Source: Candidatus Enterousia sp. (GTDB lineage Bacteria > Pseudomonadota > Alphaproteobacteria > Rs-D84). Taken from it: a stretch of 64,000 nt of DNA. This document shows positions 52,084 through 62,514 of this stretch, in pieces. The first letter of the stretch is position 1. Each line of letters starts with the position of its first letter. The position numbers and the translations under genes were made by a program. The stretch lies in the NCBI GenBank assembly GCA_045133095.1, contig JBGUTP010000004.1:67058-131057 (forward strand). The letters are read 5' to 3'. The notes under the pieces were generated by a model that saw only the letters and a list, made by a program, of their open reading frames with translations, was not told the DNA's origin and made no database searches.

Positions 52084-52791
52084 ATGGCACAATTAAAAGA
52101 ATTTCAGCATGCAAATGGCATTGATTTATACCTGAAACGCATTTTTGCCCTGATGTTTGGGGCGGTTGGCGTGACTGCAATTGCTGCATTTTTAACCTTG
52201 ACGACACCGCTGCTGGGGATGTTATTTTCCCAGACAGGTATGTCACCGCTGTATTATGTATTATTGTTTGGCGGATTAGGTTTATCCATCTGGGCGCAGG
52301 TGCGTGTATTCAGTATGAAACCCGGCACAGCCGCGTTACTTCTGGGGTTGTACGCGGTGTTAATTGGTGTAACAATGACACCACTGATTGCGATTGCACT
52401 GTCAGTTAATCCAGGTTCTATACTGATGGCTTTTGTTGTGGCGGCGGTTATGTTTGCATGCATGGCGTTGTTTGGATACAAGACTGTTAAAGACCTGTCA
52501 TTTATGGGCATCTTTTTAACAATGGGGATGATTGGTTTGATTTTGGTCGGCATCGCATCATTTATCTGGCCGGCAATTATGGGTGGCACATTTGGCACAA
52601 TCGTTTGCTTTATCGGCGTGTTAGTATTTGCACTGTTTACTGCATACGATATGCAAAATCTAAAGCGCGCATACGCCATGATTGGTGACGACAGACAGAA
52701 AAATCAACTGGCGGTGTTGGGCGCGTTGCACCTGTATATATCATTTGTCGCGATGTTCCAATATTTGTTAAGTTTGTTTAACCGCGAATAA
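52084..52791 (+). CDS. Bax inhibitor-1/YccA family membrane protein
   Basis: Seven TM segments, TAYDMQNLK, GALHLYISF. Confidence 0.9.
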   Translation: MAQLKEFQHANGIDLYLKRIFALMFGAVGVTAIAAFLTLTTPLLGMLFSQTGMSPLYYVLLFGGLGLSIWAQVRVFSMKPGTAALLLGLYAVLIGVTMTPLIAIALSVNPGSILMAFVVAAVMFACMALFGYKTVKDLSFMGIFLTMGMIGLILVGIASFIWPAIMGGTFGTIVCFIGVLVFALFTAYDMQNLKRAYAMIGDDRQKNQLAVLGALHLYISFVAMFQYLLSLFNRE

Positions 52792-52822
52792 GAAAAAAAT
52801 AATTAACCTAGGAGTAAAAAAA

Positions 52823-53005
52823 ATGGCTTATAAAATCGACCCTAATAAATGTATTGGTTGTGGAACATGCGCGGGAATGTGTCCTGTGGCAGCAATTTCA
52901 CAAGGCGCAGACGGCAAGTATGTCATCGACCCAAGTAAGTGTATCAGTTGTGGAACATGCGCGTCCGTGTGTCCGATGGGCGCAATTGCACCAGATATGA
53001 ATTAA
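52823..53005 (+). CDS. 2[4Fe-4S] ferredoxin
   Basis: Two CxxCxxCxxxCP motifs. Confidence 0.95.
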   Translation: MAYKIDPNKCIGCGTCAGMCPVAAISQGADGKYVIDPSKCISCGTCASVCPMGAIAPDMN

Positions 53006-53124
53006 AAATCAACCGCCAATTCGGCGGTTTTTTTTCAATATTTTCTGTAAAAACAAAAATTCAATGTTGCAAAAAACTAAAAACAATATAATATATAAAC
53101 CCGAATATAATCTAGGGGTTTAAA

Positions 53125-54486
53125 ATGCCAGCAAAAACAGTTAATGATATTGTCGCACTGTGCAAGCGACGCGGTTTTATTTTCACAGGTTCTGAAATCT
53201 ATGGCGGATTGGGCGGCGCGTACGACTATGGTCCATACGGCGTAGAATTAATGAAAAATATTCGTAACGCATGGTGGAACGCCATGATTTATTCCCGTGA
53301 CGATATCGAGGGTTTGGACGCGGCATTGATTTCTAATCGTCTGTTGTGGAAATATTCTGGACACGAAGCAGGCTTTTCAGACCCACTGGTCGAATGCAAA
53401 AAGTGCGGTGCGCGTATGCGCCAAGATAAAATGCGCGATCAATCAAAATGTGATAACTGCGGTTCAACAGAAATCACAGAACCACGCGCATATCAATTGA
53501 TGATGGGACTGTCGATTGGGGCAACCGCAGACGGCGCAATTAATGCGTACCTGCGTCCTGAAACCGCAACGACAACATATACAAACTTTAAAAACGTTTT
53601 AGATGCGAAACCGCATAAACTGCCGTTTGGAATTGCACAAATTGGCAAGGCGTTCAGAAATGAAATTTCACCACGTGGTTTTGTGTTCCGTATGCGCGAA
53701 TTTGAACAAGCCGAAATGCAATACTTTGTAAACCCGGCAGATGACGAAAAATTCCACAGCATGTGGATGGAAGAACGTATGGCATGGTGGATTAATGTCT
53801 TGGGAATCCCGGCGAATAAGTTGCGCTTTATGCCACACGAAAAATTGGCGCACTATGCCAAGGCCGCGGTTGACATTGAATACGAATTCCCAGATGGATT
53901 TGATGAAGTCGAAGGAATACACAATCGCCAGGATTTCGACCTGGGGTCACATACCAAAGGACAAAAGGACTTTGATATTCAAGCAAACGTCCTGGAAAAC
54001 AAAGACAGCACAACAAAATTATCATATTCCGACCCGCAAAGTGGCGCAAACTTTTTACCATACGTTATTGAAACAGCCATGGGGGTTAATCGCGCAATGT
54101 TGGCTGTAATGGTAGAAGCATATAACGAAGAAGACCTGGGCGATGGAAAAACACGCACAGTGTTAAAGTTAAAACCACAATTGTCACCTGTTAAGGCGGC
54201 GGTTATACCATTGGCACGCAATGTTCCGGAATTGTTGGAAATTTCTAATGACATTGTTGGGGATTTGCGCAAATTGGGAATCGGTCGAATTGAATTGGAA
54301 AATTCTGGGAACATTGGTAAAAACTATCGCCGGCACGATGAAATCGGAACACCGGTTTGTATTACCGTTGACCATCAAACATTAGAAGACCAGACCGTCA
54401 CATTGCGTCATCGCGACACAATGGAACAAGAAAGAATTGCGATTTGTGATGTAAAACAAAGATTACTGGAAATTGTAAACGGTTAA
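53125..54486 (+). CDS. glyQS: Glycine--tRNA ligase, homodimeric alpha2 type
   Basis: LCKRRGF, YLRPETA, GKAFRNEI, FRMREFEQ, IGKNYRRHDEIGTP. Confidence 0.93.
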   Translation: MPAKTVNDIVALCKRRGFIFTGSEIYGGLGGAYDYGPYGVELMKNIRNAWWNAMIYSRDDIEGLDAALISNRLLWKYSGHEAGFSDPLVECKKCGARMRQDKMRDQSKCDNCGSTEITEPRAYQLMMGLSIGATADGAINAYLRPETATTTYTNFKNVLDAKPHKLPFGIAQIGKAFRNEISPRGFVFRMREFEQAEMQYFVNPADDEKFHSMWMEERMAWWINVLGIPANKLRFMPHEKLAHYAKAAVDIEYEFPDGFDEVEGIHNRQDFDLGSHTKGQKDFDIQANVLENKDSTTKLSYSDPQSGANFLPYVIETAMGVNRAMLAVMVEAYNEEDLGDGKTRTVLKLKPQLSPVKAAVIPLARNVPELLEISNDIVGDLRKLGIGRIELENSGNIGKNYRRHDEIGTPVCITVDHQTLEDQTVTLRHRDTMEQERIAICDVKQRLLEIVNG

Positions 54487-54519
54487 AAAAAACGCCCAGT
54501 TGGGCGTTTTTTTGTTTGA

Positions 54520-56193
54520 TTATTTCAGTTCCGGAACCTCTAGCATATCATTATAGAACGACAAGAAACGTCCGCCTGTTGCACAATAAACTTTCTGCAA
54601 AGAATCTTTATAGGCACGAACTTCGGACAGCCAGCGCGTTTCGATATCGCTTTGCGCCCCTTGATAGCCAACGAACGCCCCCATTGCACCACCGATGCCG
54701 GCACCTGTCAGGGTCGCCTTTAGACGCGCCTTGTTCCCCAGGTCAATAATTCCACCGTCTTCGGAATCAACGTACATAGGATAAAATGAGTCGATGCTTT
54801 TATTGATGTTCTCGGCAAGTTCAAAAGCCTTGGCCATAGAATCACGACCATAGATTTTATTTGATTTAATGTTGTTTTTTAACGCCGACCAATCAGAACG
54901 CTTGTACCCGAACGTCTTATCAGAAACACCTGCAATCATCGCAGGATAACGCTTACCAGGGCGGGCGGCAGTGGAAATCTTGGCATAGGTATCCGTACCG
55001 GAAACCGCGCCGTTTGTCATCTGCTTTGTTTCAACATTATAGGAATATAGATTGCCAGGATTACTTTTTACATTAATAAAGTTCTGTTTTGCCAGTTCTT
55101 CTAAACTGGTATTTTCATGCCCCGCTAATTTAATTGATATCAAATCGCCCGACATACAATCTTGATATGTTCCATCCGGTTTATTCTTGCAAACAATAAT
55201 ATTTTCATTGGTAAGGTTATAGAAGGCAGTTTCGTTTTCACTGTCGAATTTTTCTTCTTCTATCAAAAGCCCCCACAAGCAGGTTGAACTTTGACCATCC
55301 GGCAAAGCACAAGGCTCTATGCGTAAAACGGCATCGCCACTTGCCACCATGTTACCCATAACGCCACCCGCCGCGGCGTTCACACCCGTTGACAAGATAA
55401 CGTCACCACCGACCTTGCCCGCATAACTGTTACCCGCCATAATCGCCGCACCAGACAGCGCGCCAATAATCGTTCCCTGAACCTTGCCCTTGTCAGTTCC
55501 CAACAGATTATCCTTGCCTGCATCGTTTTTGCCGGCAACATTACCGCCCAAGCCGCCAATCAGCGCACCCGCAGCAATCTTTAAGCCGGAATTTTGTTTC
55601 TGTTCTTGATTCATAACGGCAACAACGTCGTCCATCGTTGGTTCCGCATCCGCAGGAAACAGAAAATCGCCCGCACTTTCCATAACTGTGGAAAGTGGGA
55701 ATTCGGAAATGTTACACTTAAACGCCTGACCTGCGGCAAGATTTGCGCGCGCCACAACCAGTTCAGAACCGTTCGGACCCGCACCTATGGCACGCATTTC
55801 AATAACAGCCGTACACGTTGGCGCGCCGCCCATTCCCGCACCGATTGTTGGTTTTGCCCATTCAAATTTACCATCTGGATAAATCAATGAACAACGTTCC
55901 AACTGTTCAACACCAACAGGACCGTGACCAGATTTTATCTGCTGTTCAAGGTTCTTGTTAGTAACCGCAATTGGCAATTCCGATGGAGCAACGGCAACCG
56001 CCGCCTGTTGTGCCTGTTGTAACTGTTGCTGATATTCTGGGGATGCCTTGTACCTTGTTTCATTTACCTGTTGATACCCCTGGGCATTAGTGCGCGACAC
56101 GTTACCCACGCGTATTGCACCATAAGATGCGCAAGGCAATGCAACCAAAACAGACAATAATGAATAATAAAAAATTGAATGCGACTTTTTCAT
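54520..56193 (-). CDS. Exported protein with glycine-zipper segments
   Basis: Signal peptide; AAGALIGGLGG, IIGALSGAA and GAGIGGAMGA. Confidence 0.75.
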   Translation of the reverse strand: MKKSHSIFYYSLLSVLVALPCASYGAIRVGNVSRTNAQGYQQVNETRYKASPEYQQQLQQAQQAAVAVAPSELPIAVTNKNLEQQIKSGHGPVGVEQLERCSLIYPDGKFEWAKPTIGAGMGGAPTCTAVIEMRAIGAGPNGSELVVARANLAAGQAFKCNISEFPLSTVMESAGDFLFPADAEPTMDDVVAVMNQEQKQNSGLKIAAGALIGGLGGNVAGKNDAGKDNLLGTDKGKVQGTIIGALSGAAIMAGNSYAGKVGGDVILSTGVNAAAGGVMGNMVASGDAVLRIEPCALPDGQSSTCLWGLLIEEEKFDSENETAFYNLTNENIIVCKNKPDGTYQDCMSGDLISIKLAGHENTSLEELAKQNFINVKSNPGNLYSYNVETKQMTNGAVSGTDTYAKISTAARPGKRYPAMIAGVSDKTFGYKRSDWSALKNNIKSNKIYGRDSMAKAFELAENINKSIDSFYPMYVDSEDGGIIDLGNKARLKATLTGAGIGGAMGAFVGYQGAQSDIETRWLSEVRAYKDSLQKVYCATGGRFLSFYNDMLEVPELK

Positions 56194-56248
56194 TCTCTCT
56201 CTCACACATATAATAAACCAACACAACCGGACAGACGTCCGGCGTGTA

Positions 56249-57355
56249 TCAGAACTGTAATCTTAGGCGAACACCAACGTCAACCATACCAAGGCGACCG
56301 CTTTCATACCAATTTGTATAATGGAATACACTGTCATACGGTGCTTCGTATTCGCCGCCGGCACCATCCCCCAGCCATTCTACCTGGGATAAAACAATAC
56401 TGCCCGATGTTTTTACCTTGCCCAAATTTGCATAGCGAACAAAGAAATCCAGTTTTATGCCGCCTTCCATTTCCGTGGAAAGACCACCTTCAAGCATGAA
56501 TGCAAACTGCTCACTGGTGCCGCCGTTGTGATATGCGGTAATATCGGAAATTCCGGTCAACTGACCCGCACCCGCATATTCAGGTTCTATGATAGAATAA
56601 AATGTGCCATCATAAACAACATAGTCCGCAATCGTATTTAACGATATACCAACGCCCGCACCAACGTATGGACGCAAAGAACCGCCCGCCAGATACCCAG
56701 TAAACGAGTCTATGTTATAATATATATTCAACATAGTCGCATTAGAAGTAATGGCACCACCGTCAACCTGGGCCGGCGCATCGGTCGGATTAAAATATTC
56801 GTCCGCCGCAACCAGGATAGAATTTGGGTAAGACATCCCAGAATAACGCAGATATGAAAAATCAACACGAACATCATTGTTAATCGCCGCACCAACCGAA
56901 ACCTGAAGAGGAATCATTGTGTCCGAGTCAAAATCCGCACCATAAAAAGCCCCAGGAACAGTATATGAATCAACCTCTGCCTTGTAATCTGCAGACATAG
57001 AACCCATCAAAGATGCAGTATAGCCAACAGACAGACCAACGTACAGCCCACTGTCCGCCAGACGGTCATATTCCGCAGGCTGATAATATTGACGACCCGC
57101 CGCAGTCTGAGCCGAACCAACACGCGGCAAAGCACCGGTTACACGCGTAGGCTGCGCCGCAGCAACATTGTTATAAGGCATATTGTATCCACCCGGGCCA
57201 GATACAACACGACTGGACGCCGACGGCAGGTACATCACCTGACCATTTTGGGCAGTTGTCTGATACGTTGGATACGCGGGATAAGCCGCATCAGCCACCG
57301 TAACACCACCAAACAAGGCACCCAAAAAACCGGCAAAAATGCTGAATCTTTTCAT
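56249..57355 (-). CDS. Outer membrane beta-barrel protein with low-complexity N-terminal extension
   Basis: Signal peptide, RPYVGAGVG, C-terminal VGVRLRLQF. Confidence 0.8.
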   Translation of the reverse strand: MKRFSIFAGFLGALFGGVTVADAAYPAYPTYQTTAQNGQVMYLPSASSRVVSGPGGYNMPYNNVAAAQPTRVTGALPRVGSAQTAAGRQYYQPAEYDRLADSGLYVGLSVGYTASLMGSMSADYKAEVDSYTVPGAFYGADFDSDTMIPLQVSVGAAINNDVRVDFSYLRYSGMSYPNSILVAADEYFNPTDAPAQVDGGAITSNATMLNIYYNIDSFTGYLAGGSLRPYVGAGVGISLNTIADYVVYDGTFYSIIEPEYAGAGQLTGISDITAYHNGGTSEQFAFMLEGGLSTEMEGGIKLDFFVRYANLGKVKTSGSIVLSQVEWLGDGAGGEYEAPYDSVFHYTNWYESGRLGMVDVGVRLRLQF

Positions 57356-57434
57356 TCCTTTACCATATTCCTTTTGGAATATTATATCATTTTGTCGGCG
57401 CGCGTGCAAGCACTGATAAGAAAAAGAACAATAA

Positions 57435-58685
57435 CTACTTATGTTTATACGCCAAGACGTATGGAACAAATTTATCTGCGTGCGCATCACCCAGCCACGC
57501 GCGCGGAATCAGAATACTGTTCCCCATGCCGGCTGCCATTTTTTCGACAACTTCACCGTTCTTGGCATTAATCAATTCAGGCAACCGCACCGATACAGAA
57601 TCCATCGTTCCCGGCAAAACAAATGTAATTTCATCTCCTGCCTTGGTTTGATTACGTAATTCAAGTGTAATTTTTTCATCATCTGTGTCTGTAATCACAC
57701 CGGCGGCATGCCAATCAGACGTCGAACGCGTGGTTTCATAATTGTGCGCCGACGGTGGCACCGGACCGTCAAAGAACGCGGTCGTGTACCCACGTGATTC
57801 CAGGCGATTTAAACTTTCCATAAATGGCACTGGGTCAAAGTTTTCGGGGTCGCGTGCATACGCATCCAACGCACAACGATATGCGTGAACCACACTGCCC
57901 ACATAATATTCGGACCGATTGCGGCCTTCGATTTTCAGTGAATCCGGACCCGCCGATACAACCTCTGCCAGGCGCGGCATCAGACACAAATCTTTGGAAT
58001 TCATAATATAGGCACCACGGTCATCTTCTTCAATCGGCATTTCCAGCCCGCTTTCGCGTTCGCGCAAGATTACATCGTATTTCCACCGGCACAGTTGCGC
58101 GCACGCCCCACGGTTTGCAGGCCGCCCTGTTACAAAATTCGACAACAAACACCGCCCAGAATACGACATGCACATCGCCCCGTGAACAAATATTTCAAGC
58201 CCCACATCTGGACATTCTTTTCTGATGTTTTTAAATTCGCTGTGCGACACTTCGCGCGCCAAAACACACAGTTTGGCACCGGCGTTTTGCCAGAACTTAA
58301 CCGTACGCGCCGAACAAATGTTCGCCTGGGTCGAAATGTGAATCGGCATGTCTGGAAAGTTTTCACGCACCCACATAACAATCCCTGGGTCAGATACAAT
58401 CAGCGCATCGGGTCGCAGATATTCTATTACTTCGGCGACGCGCGGCATATTGGCATATTCATAATCATGCGCGAACAGGTTAAACGCCAAATAGACCTTT
58501 TTGCCGGCGGCATGCGCCAGTTCAATACCCTGCTTTACTTCGTCCACAGTAATTTTCGCGCGCGCACGCATCGAAAAACCAGGCAAGCCCGCATAAATTG
58601 CATCAGCACCATATAAAATGGCGGTTTTAAAAGCGTCCAACGTACCCGCCGGCGCCAATAATTCTGGTAATTTTACTTTATTCAT
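57435..58685 (-). CDS. U32 family protein (TrhP-like tRNA hydroxylation)
   Basis: PELLAPAG, HISTQAN, HGAMCMSYSGRC, CAQLCR, SLKIEGR. Confidence 0.92.
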   Translation of the reverse strand: MNKVKLPELLAPAGTLDAFKTAILYGADAIYAGLPGFSMRARAKITVDEVKQGIELAHAAGKKVYLAFNLFAHDYEYANMPRVAEVIEYLRPDALIVSDPGIVMWVRENFPDMPIHISTQANICSARTVKFWQNAGAKLCVLAREVSHSEFKNIRKECPDVGLEIFVHGAMCMSYSGRCLLSNFVTGRPANRGACAQLCRWKYDVILRERESGLEMPIEEDDRGAYIMNSKDLCLMPRLAEVVSAGPDSLKIEGRNRSEYYVGSVVHAYRCALDAYARDPENFDPVPFMESLNRLESRGYTTAFFDGPVPPSAHNYETTRSTSDWHAAGVITDTDDEKITLELRNQTKAGDEITFVLPGTMDSVSVRLPELINAKNGEVVEKMAAGMGNSILIPRAWLGDAHADKFVPYVLAYKHK

Positions 58686-58794
58686 GCCCCTATTTTGCCC
58701 GAAATAAAATCAAAGGCAAGAAAATTGTCGTAAAACTTGAAAATCTGTGATTTTGTGCTAAGTTCACAATAGGATAAAAACATAAGAGGAAAAA

Positions 58795-59082
58795 ATGTCA
58801 TTTACACAGGAAAAAAGAAGAAATACCAATGTGTGCCATGGGTGCGATAAATGTTGTGTATTGAGTAGTGTGTTCGACATGAATGATGGAACGGGGTGGG
58901 TGCGTTATTACCCAACAATTGGCGGCAAACGAATTACAGAGTATATTGATGGGACTGGCAATACAATTAAGATTAAGTTGGCATGTCCAAAAGCAGATCG
59001 TCATGCGTCATACTATATAACAGAGGCCATTAACAAGGCTCATGAAATATCAAAACTCTGTGACCATTACAAGACACGATAA
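58795..59082 (+). CDS. Small Cys-rich protein, paralog 1
   Basis: MSFTQEK...CHGCDKCC...PTIGG...CDHYKTR. Confidence 0.75.
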   Translation: MSFTQEKRRNTNVCHGCDKCCVLSSVFDMNDGTGWVRYYPTIGGKRITEYIDGTGNTIKIKLACPKADRHASYYITEAINKAHEISKLCDHYKTR

Positions 59083-59094
59083 AGGAAAATCAAA

Positions 59095-59412
59095 ATGTCA
59101 TTTACACAGGAAAAAGAAACAAATTTGCATAATGTATCCGATGGAACAAGGTGCGATGGTTGTGATAAACATTGTAAACTTGGCTTTCATCACTTTACAG
59201 CATTGTCTGTAAGCAAGGGAACTGAAACACTGTGTTGTCCAACCATAGACGGTCAGCCAATCAAGCGGTACAAGGGTAAAAACGGCGAAATATATGATGC
59301 AACACGAAAGTATTATGTTTTTTCTTTTATTGATATTGAATGTGCAAAGGAACGGATAAACGAACTGGCACAGAAAATCCTCAAATACTGCGACCATTAC
59401 AAGACACGATAA
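59095..59412 (+). CDS. Small Cys-rich protein, paralog 2
   Basis: MSFTQEK...CDGCDKHC...PTIDG...CDHYKTR. Confidence 0.75.
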   Translation: MSFTQEKETNLHNVSDGTRCDGCDKHCKLGFHHFTALSVSKGTETLCCPTIDGQPIKRYKGKNGEIYDATRKYYVFSFIDIECAKERINELAQKILKYCDHYKTR

Positions 59413-59424
59413 AAGGTAAACAAA

Positions 59425-59805
59425 ATGAAACGATATCTGCATAAATTACCGATTATGGGGTTTGCACTGTTGACGCTGGTGGGGTGCAAGGATATTGACA
59501 ACAAAATCAAAGATGCTCTTCATCCAGATTACTCAGACCCATCTTACACACAGGATACAGTAAAAGTACTAAATATTAGGCATGCTCGTTATGGTTCGCC
59601 TGCGCATTTCTGGGGTGTAAATGGCCAAGGTACTGTTGTACAGGGAGACATATCGTTGCAACCCGATGTGATATTTCCGCACGATGGTGATGAAATTGTT
59701 GTGCGGTATCAAAAACCACAAAATCCAGTAGAGTTTGTGGGTGTGTTTGACAACATAACCCAACGCAAACGTGCCGCAGAATATGTAAAAGAAAAACAAC
59801 GATAA
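59425..59805 (+). CDS. Hypothetical lipoprotein
   Basis: Lipobox LVGC; ends EKQR; terminator at about 59824-59846. Confidence 0.75.
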   Translation: MKRYLHKLPIMGFALLTLVGCKDIDNKIKDALHPDYSDPSYTQDTVKVLNIRHARYGSPAHFWGVNGQGTVVQGDISLQPDVIFPHDGDEIVVRYQKPQNPVEFVGVFDNITQRKRAAEYVKEKQR

Positions 59806-59913
59806 AAACAACAAACGACCATACCGCCCAAATCGGGCGGTTTTTTATTTTTACACCAATTTATGATTTTTTACTTGCGTTGCGCGCACAGATATGTATA
59901 ATTGGGTGGCATT

Positions 59914-59989
59914 GCCGGTTTAGCTCAGCTGGTAGAGCGGCTGATTTGTAATCAGTAGGTCGTTGGTTCAAGTCCGACAACCGGCACCA
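59914..59989 (+). tRNA. tRNA-Thr(TGT)
   Basis: GCCGGTTTAGCTCAG...TTTGTAA...GGTTCAAGTCC...CCA. Confidence 0.97.
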
Positions 59990-60137
59990 GAATAACCCCT
60001 TGTTTCAAGGGGATTTTTCTTTTTTGTACCACTATAATTTTACAACCACAAAAATCTTTTTGCTATGTATTTGCTATGGATGAATTTGATTTTTTTTGAT
60101 TTATAGTGTATAAAATCAATAATAAACGGAATACACT

Positions 60138-60923
60138 ATGATAGAATATGAACTAAATTTTCCAGACGAACAAACAAAAAAAACATTATTTAAGATATGC
60201 GAAGCCAGCGATCTTTATTTCTCGGACCACGAAGCTGTTATGGATATACGAACATTATCTAAAACAAAATACGATATCCCCCTAGAGATATGCGCCCCAC
60301 TATTTGGCCATCAACTGCTTTTTGCGTTAACCAAACTTGGCTATAAAGCCAATAACTACGAAACATTTAATCATTCTCTCGATACGATTTTAAAAAAAGC
60401 AAAAATAAAAAAACGTCATGAACTGTTCAAAAACTGGGACTTTATGTCCAATGAAGAATTTCATACGAGCATCAATCGACTATATTCAAAAACAGAAACA
60501 TATCTTTCGTATTTTATATTATATTTATCCGCATATATCAAAGAATTACAAACGTGTATCTATAAGCAAAAATACCTTTCTATGGAATCCTTCTATAAAT
60601 TATCTATCTATAGTGCTAGATCACTTGAGTTTTTTAATCAATATTTAAAATCAATTCAATACACCAAAGGATCAGATAAAACTCACACAAAGCAACGAAC
60701 AACAAAAGACGATGTAAAACAGATTATACATAATAAAAATCTTATACCTAACTCACAGGCATTAACTAACGAACATATCCCAGAACTTTTAAAAAAGATA
60801 CAAAGCACATACAAACTCCAACACAAAAAAAACCTAAGACTGTCTGAAACAACTTTAGAAAAATGGTTAATAGAATGGTATCCTCATTTCGGTTTGCCAA
60901 AGAAAAACAAACTCTACAATTGA
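60138..60923 (+). CDS. Hypothetical island protein
   Basis: 261-aa AT-rich ORF; possible C-terminal HTH (LSETTLEKWL). Confidence 0.65.
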   Translation: MIEYELNFPDEQTKKTLFKICEASDLYFSDHEAVMDIRTLSKTKYDIPLEICAPLFGHQLLFALTKLGYKANNYETFNHSLDTILKKAKIKKRHELFKNWDFMSNEEFHTSINRLYSKTETYLSYFILYLSAYIKELQTCIYKQKYLSMESFYKLSIYSARSLEFFNQYLKSIQYTKGSDKTHTKQRTTKDDVKQIIHNKNLIPNSQALTNEHIPELLKKIQSTYKLQHKKNLRLSETTLEKWLIEWYPHFGLPKKNKLYN

Positions 60924-61044
60924 AATAGTTGTGCCTTATTTTAAAATCAAGTGTTTAAACCTGGTGCTAGCACTAGGTTTCATTTAATGACTTATTTTCA
61001 AAATACCTTTATTGTGTTTACATAACCCAAATAAAGGTATAATT

Positions 61045-61287
61045 ATGAAAAATGATTTAAAAACAAATAAAAACTACACCATATTGTCCGAACTATGGAC
61101 AACAAAACAGGCTGCTGCCTATCTAAACACAACCCCAAAATCACTAACATCACAACGATATCTTGGATACATAAAAGACCTTAAATGCTATCGCATTGGC
61201 AGAAAAGTTATGTACAAGAAATGCGATTTGGACGCTTGGATCGAAAAACATGCTGAAAACACACAGGAGACAAACCATGCAAGATAA
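61045..61287 (+). CDS. Excisionase/AlpA-like HTH protein
   Basis: LWTTKQAAAYL...YRIGRKVMYKKCDLDAWI. Confidence 0.85.
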   Translation: MKNDLKTNKNYTILSELWTTKQAAAYLNTTPKSLTSQRYLGYIKDLKCYRIGRKVMYKKCDLDAWIEKHAENTQETNHAR

Positions 61288-62503
61288 TAATAAACAAGAA
61301 CAAAACACATTGCTACCCGATATAACACCATGGCCGACACCTGTAGATGGGGTTGCGCTGGCTAATGAACTAACAGATACGTTTAACAAGTATATTTATT
61401 TGCCGGATGGTGGTGCAGAAGTTGCGGCAATCTGGACCCTGCACACCTATATTTCTGACGGATACATGTTTACACCTCGGCTGTTTATACATAGCCCAGA
61501 ACCCCGATGCGGTAAAACAACGTTTTTAGATCTGCTGGAATACTTATGTTACAAACCATTGGCTGTTTCAAGCATCACAGGACCATCGATGGCAAGAATG
61601 ATAACAAGCCAAAGAGGGCAAATAACTCTATTGGCAGATGAGGCAGACAGATATCTAAACAACGATAACGACACCTTGTGCAAAGTCCTAAACTCTGGTT
61701 TTCAACGCGGCAAAAAGATTATGTGCACGGAAACCTCAGGAAAAACAATGACACCTAAGTTATTTGATTGTTTCGCTCCATGTGCAATAGCGGCCATTGG
61801 TAATATTCCATCCACGGTACAAGACAGAAGTTTGACCATAACATTAAAACGTAAAACCCAAAAGGATCATATAGAAAAACTACGATACAGAGATGTTATT
61901 GAAACAACAGAAACTCTTCGCAAGAAATGCAAAAGGTTCATTTTGGATAATGAAAAAGATATTATTAGCCGAACCCCAACAGTCCCCAATGAACTGAATG
62001 ACAGAACTGCAGATGTATCAGAAATCCTTTTTGCCATAGCAGACACAATTTCTATTGAATGGCATAAGAAATTAGAAAAAGCTATTTTAAAACTTGCAAA
62101 AACACAATCTGAAACATCTGAACAGTCGATACGTGTTCAGTTGCTAAGCGATATTCAACAAATATTCGCAACAGTTCCAAAAGGTTGGCTAACTTCTAAT
62201 GACTTGGTGGAAAAGCTTAATGATATAGAAACAAGCCCATGGGTAGAATGGAATCGTGGACACCCCATGTCAACTAATGCACTTGCAAAACAATTAAGGT
62301 TCTTCGGAATATACCCAAGACAAACCAGAGAAGAATACTATAATAGATGCAGAAAATATTATTGGGATGATTTTCTAGATGCTTTTGATAGGTATATACC
62401 CCAACCAAACTGTGACACTGTGACAACCCAGGCTACGCCCAGCAAGGAATGTCACATTGTCACAACCTGTGCTCCATATGACGATACTGACATGTCATTC
62501 TAA
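61277..62503 (+). CDS. DUF3631-type satellite replication protein with P-loop
   Basis: PWPTPVDG, SPEPRCGKTT, LLADEAD, LNSG, DRS, LNDRTAD, SPWVEW. Confidence 0.8.
   Translation: MQDNNKQEQNTLLPDITPWPTPVDGVALANELTDTFNKYIYLPDGGAEVAAIWTLHTYISDGYMFTPRLFIHSPEPRCGKTTFLDLLEYLCYKPLAVSSITGPSMARMITSQRGQITLLADEADRYLNNDNDTLCKVLNSGFQRGKKIMCTETSGKTMTPKLFDCFAPCAIAAIGNIPSTVQDRSLTITLKRKTQKDHIEKLRYRDVIETTETLRKKCKRFILDNEKDIISRTPTVPNELNDRTADVSEILFAIADTISIEWHKKLEKAILKLAKTQSETSEQSIRVQLLSDIQQIFATVPKGWLTSNDLVEKLNDIETSPWVEWNRGHPMSTNALAKQLRFFGIYPRQTREEYYNRCRKYYWDDFLDAFDRYIPQPNCDTVTTQATPSKECHIVTTCAPYDDTDMSF
62411..62464. repeat. Inverted pair of TGTGACA iterons, putative replication origin
   Basis: TGTGACACTGTGACA (62411) ... 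TGTCACATTGTCACA (62450). Confidence 0.65.
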
Positions 62504-62514
62504 AAGGACAAAAC

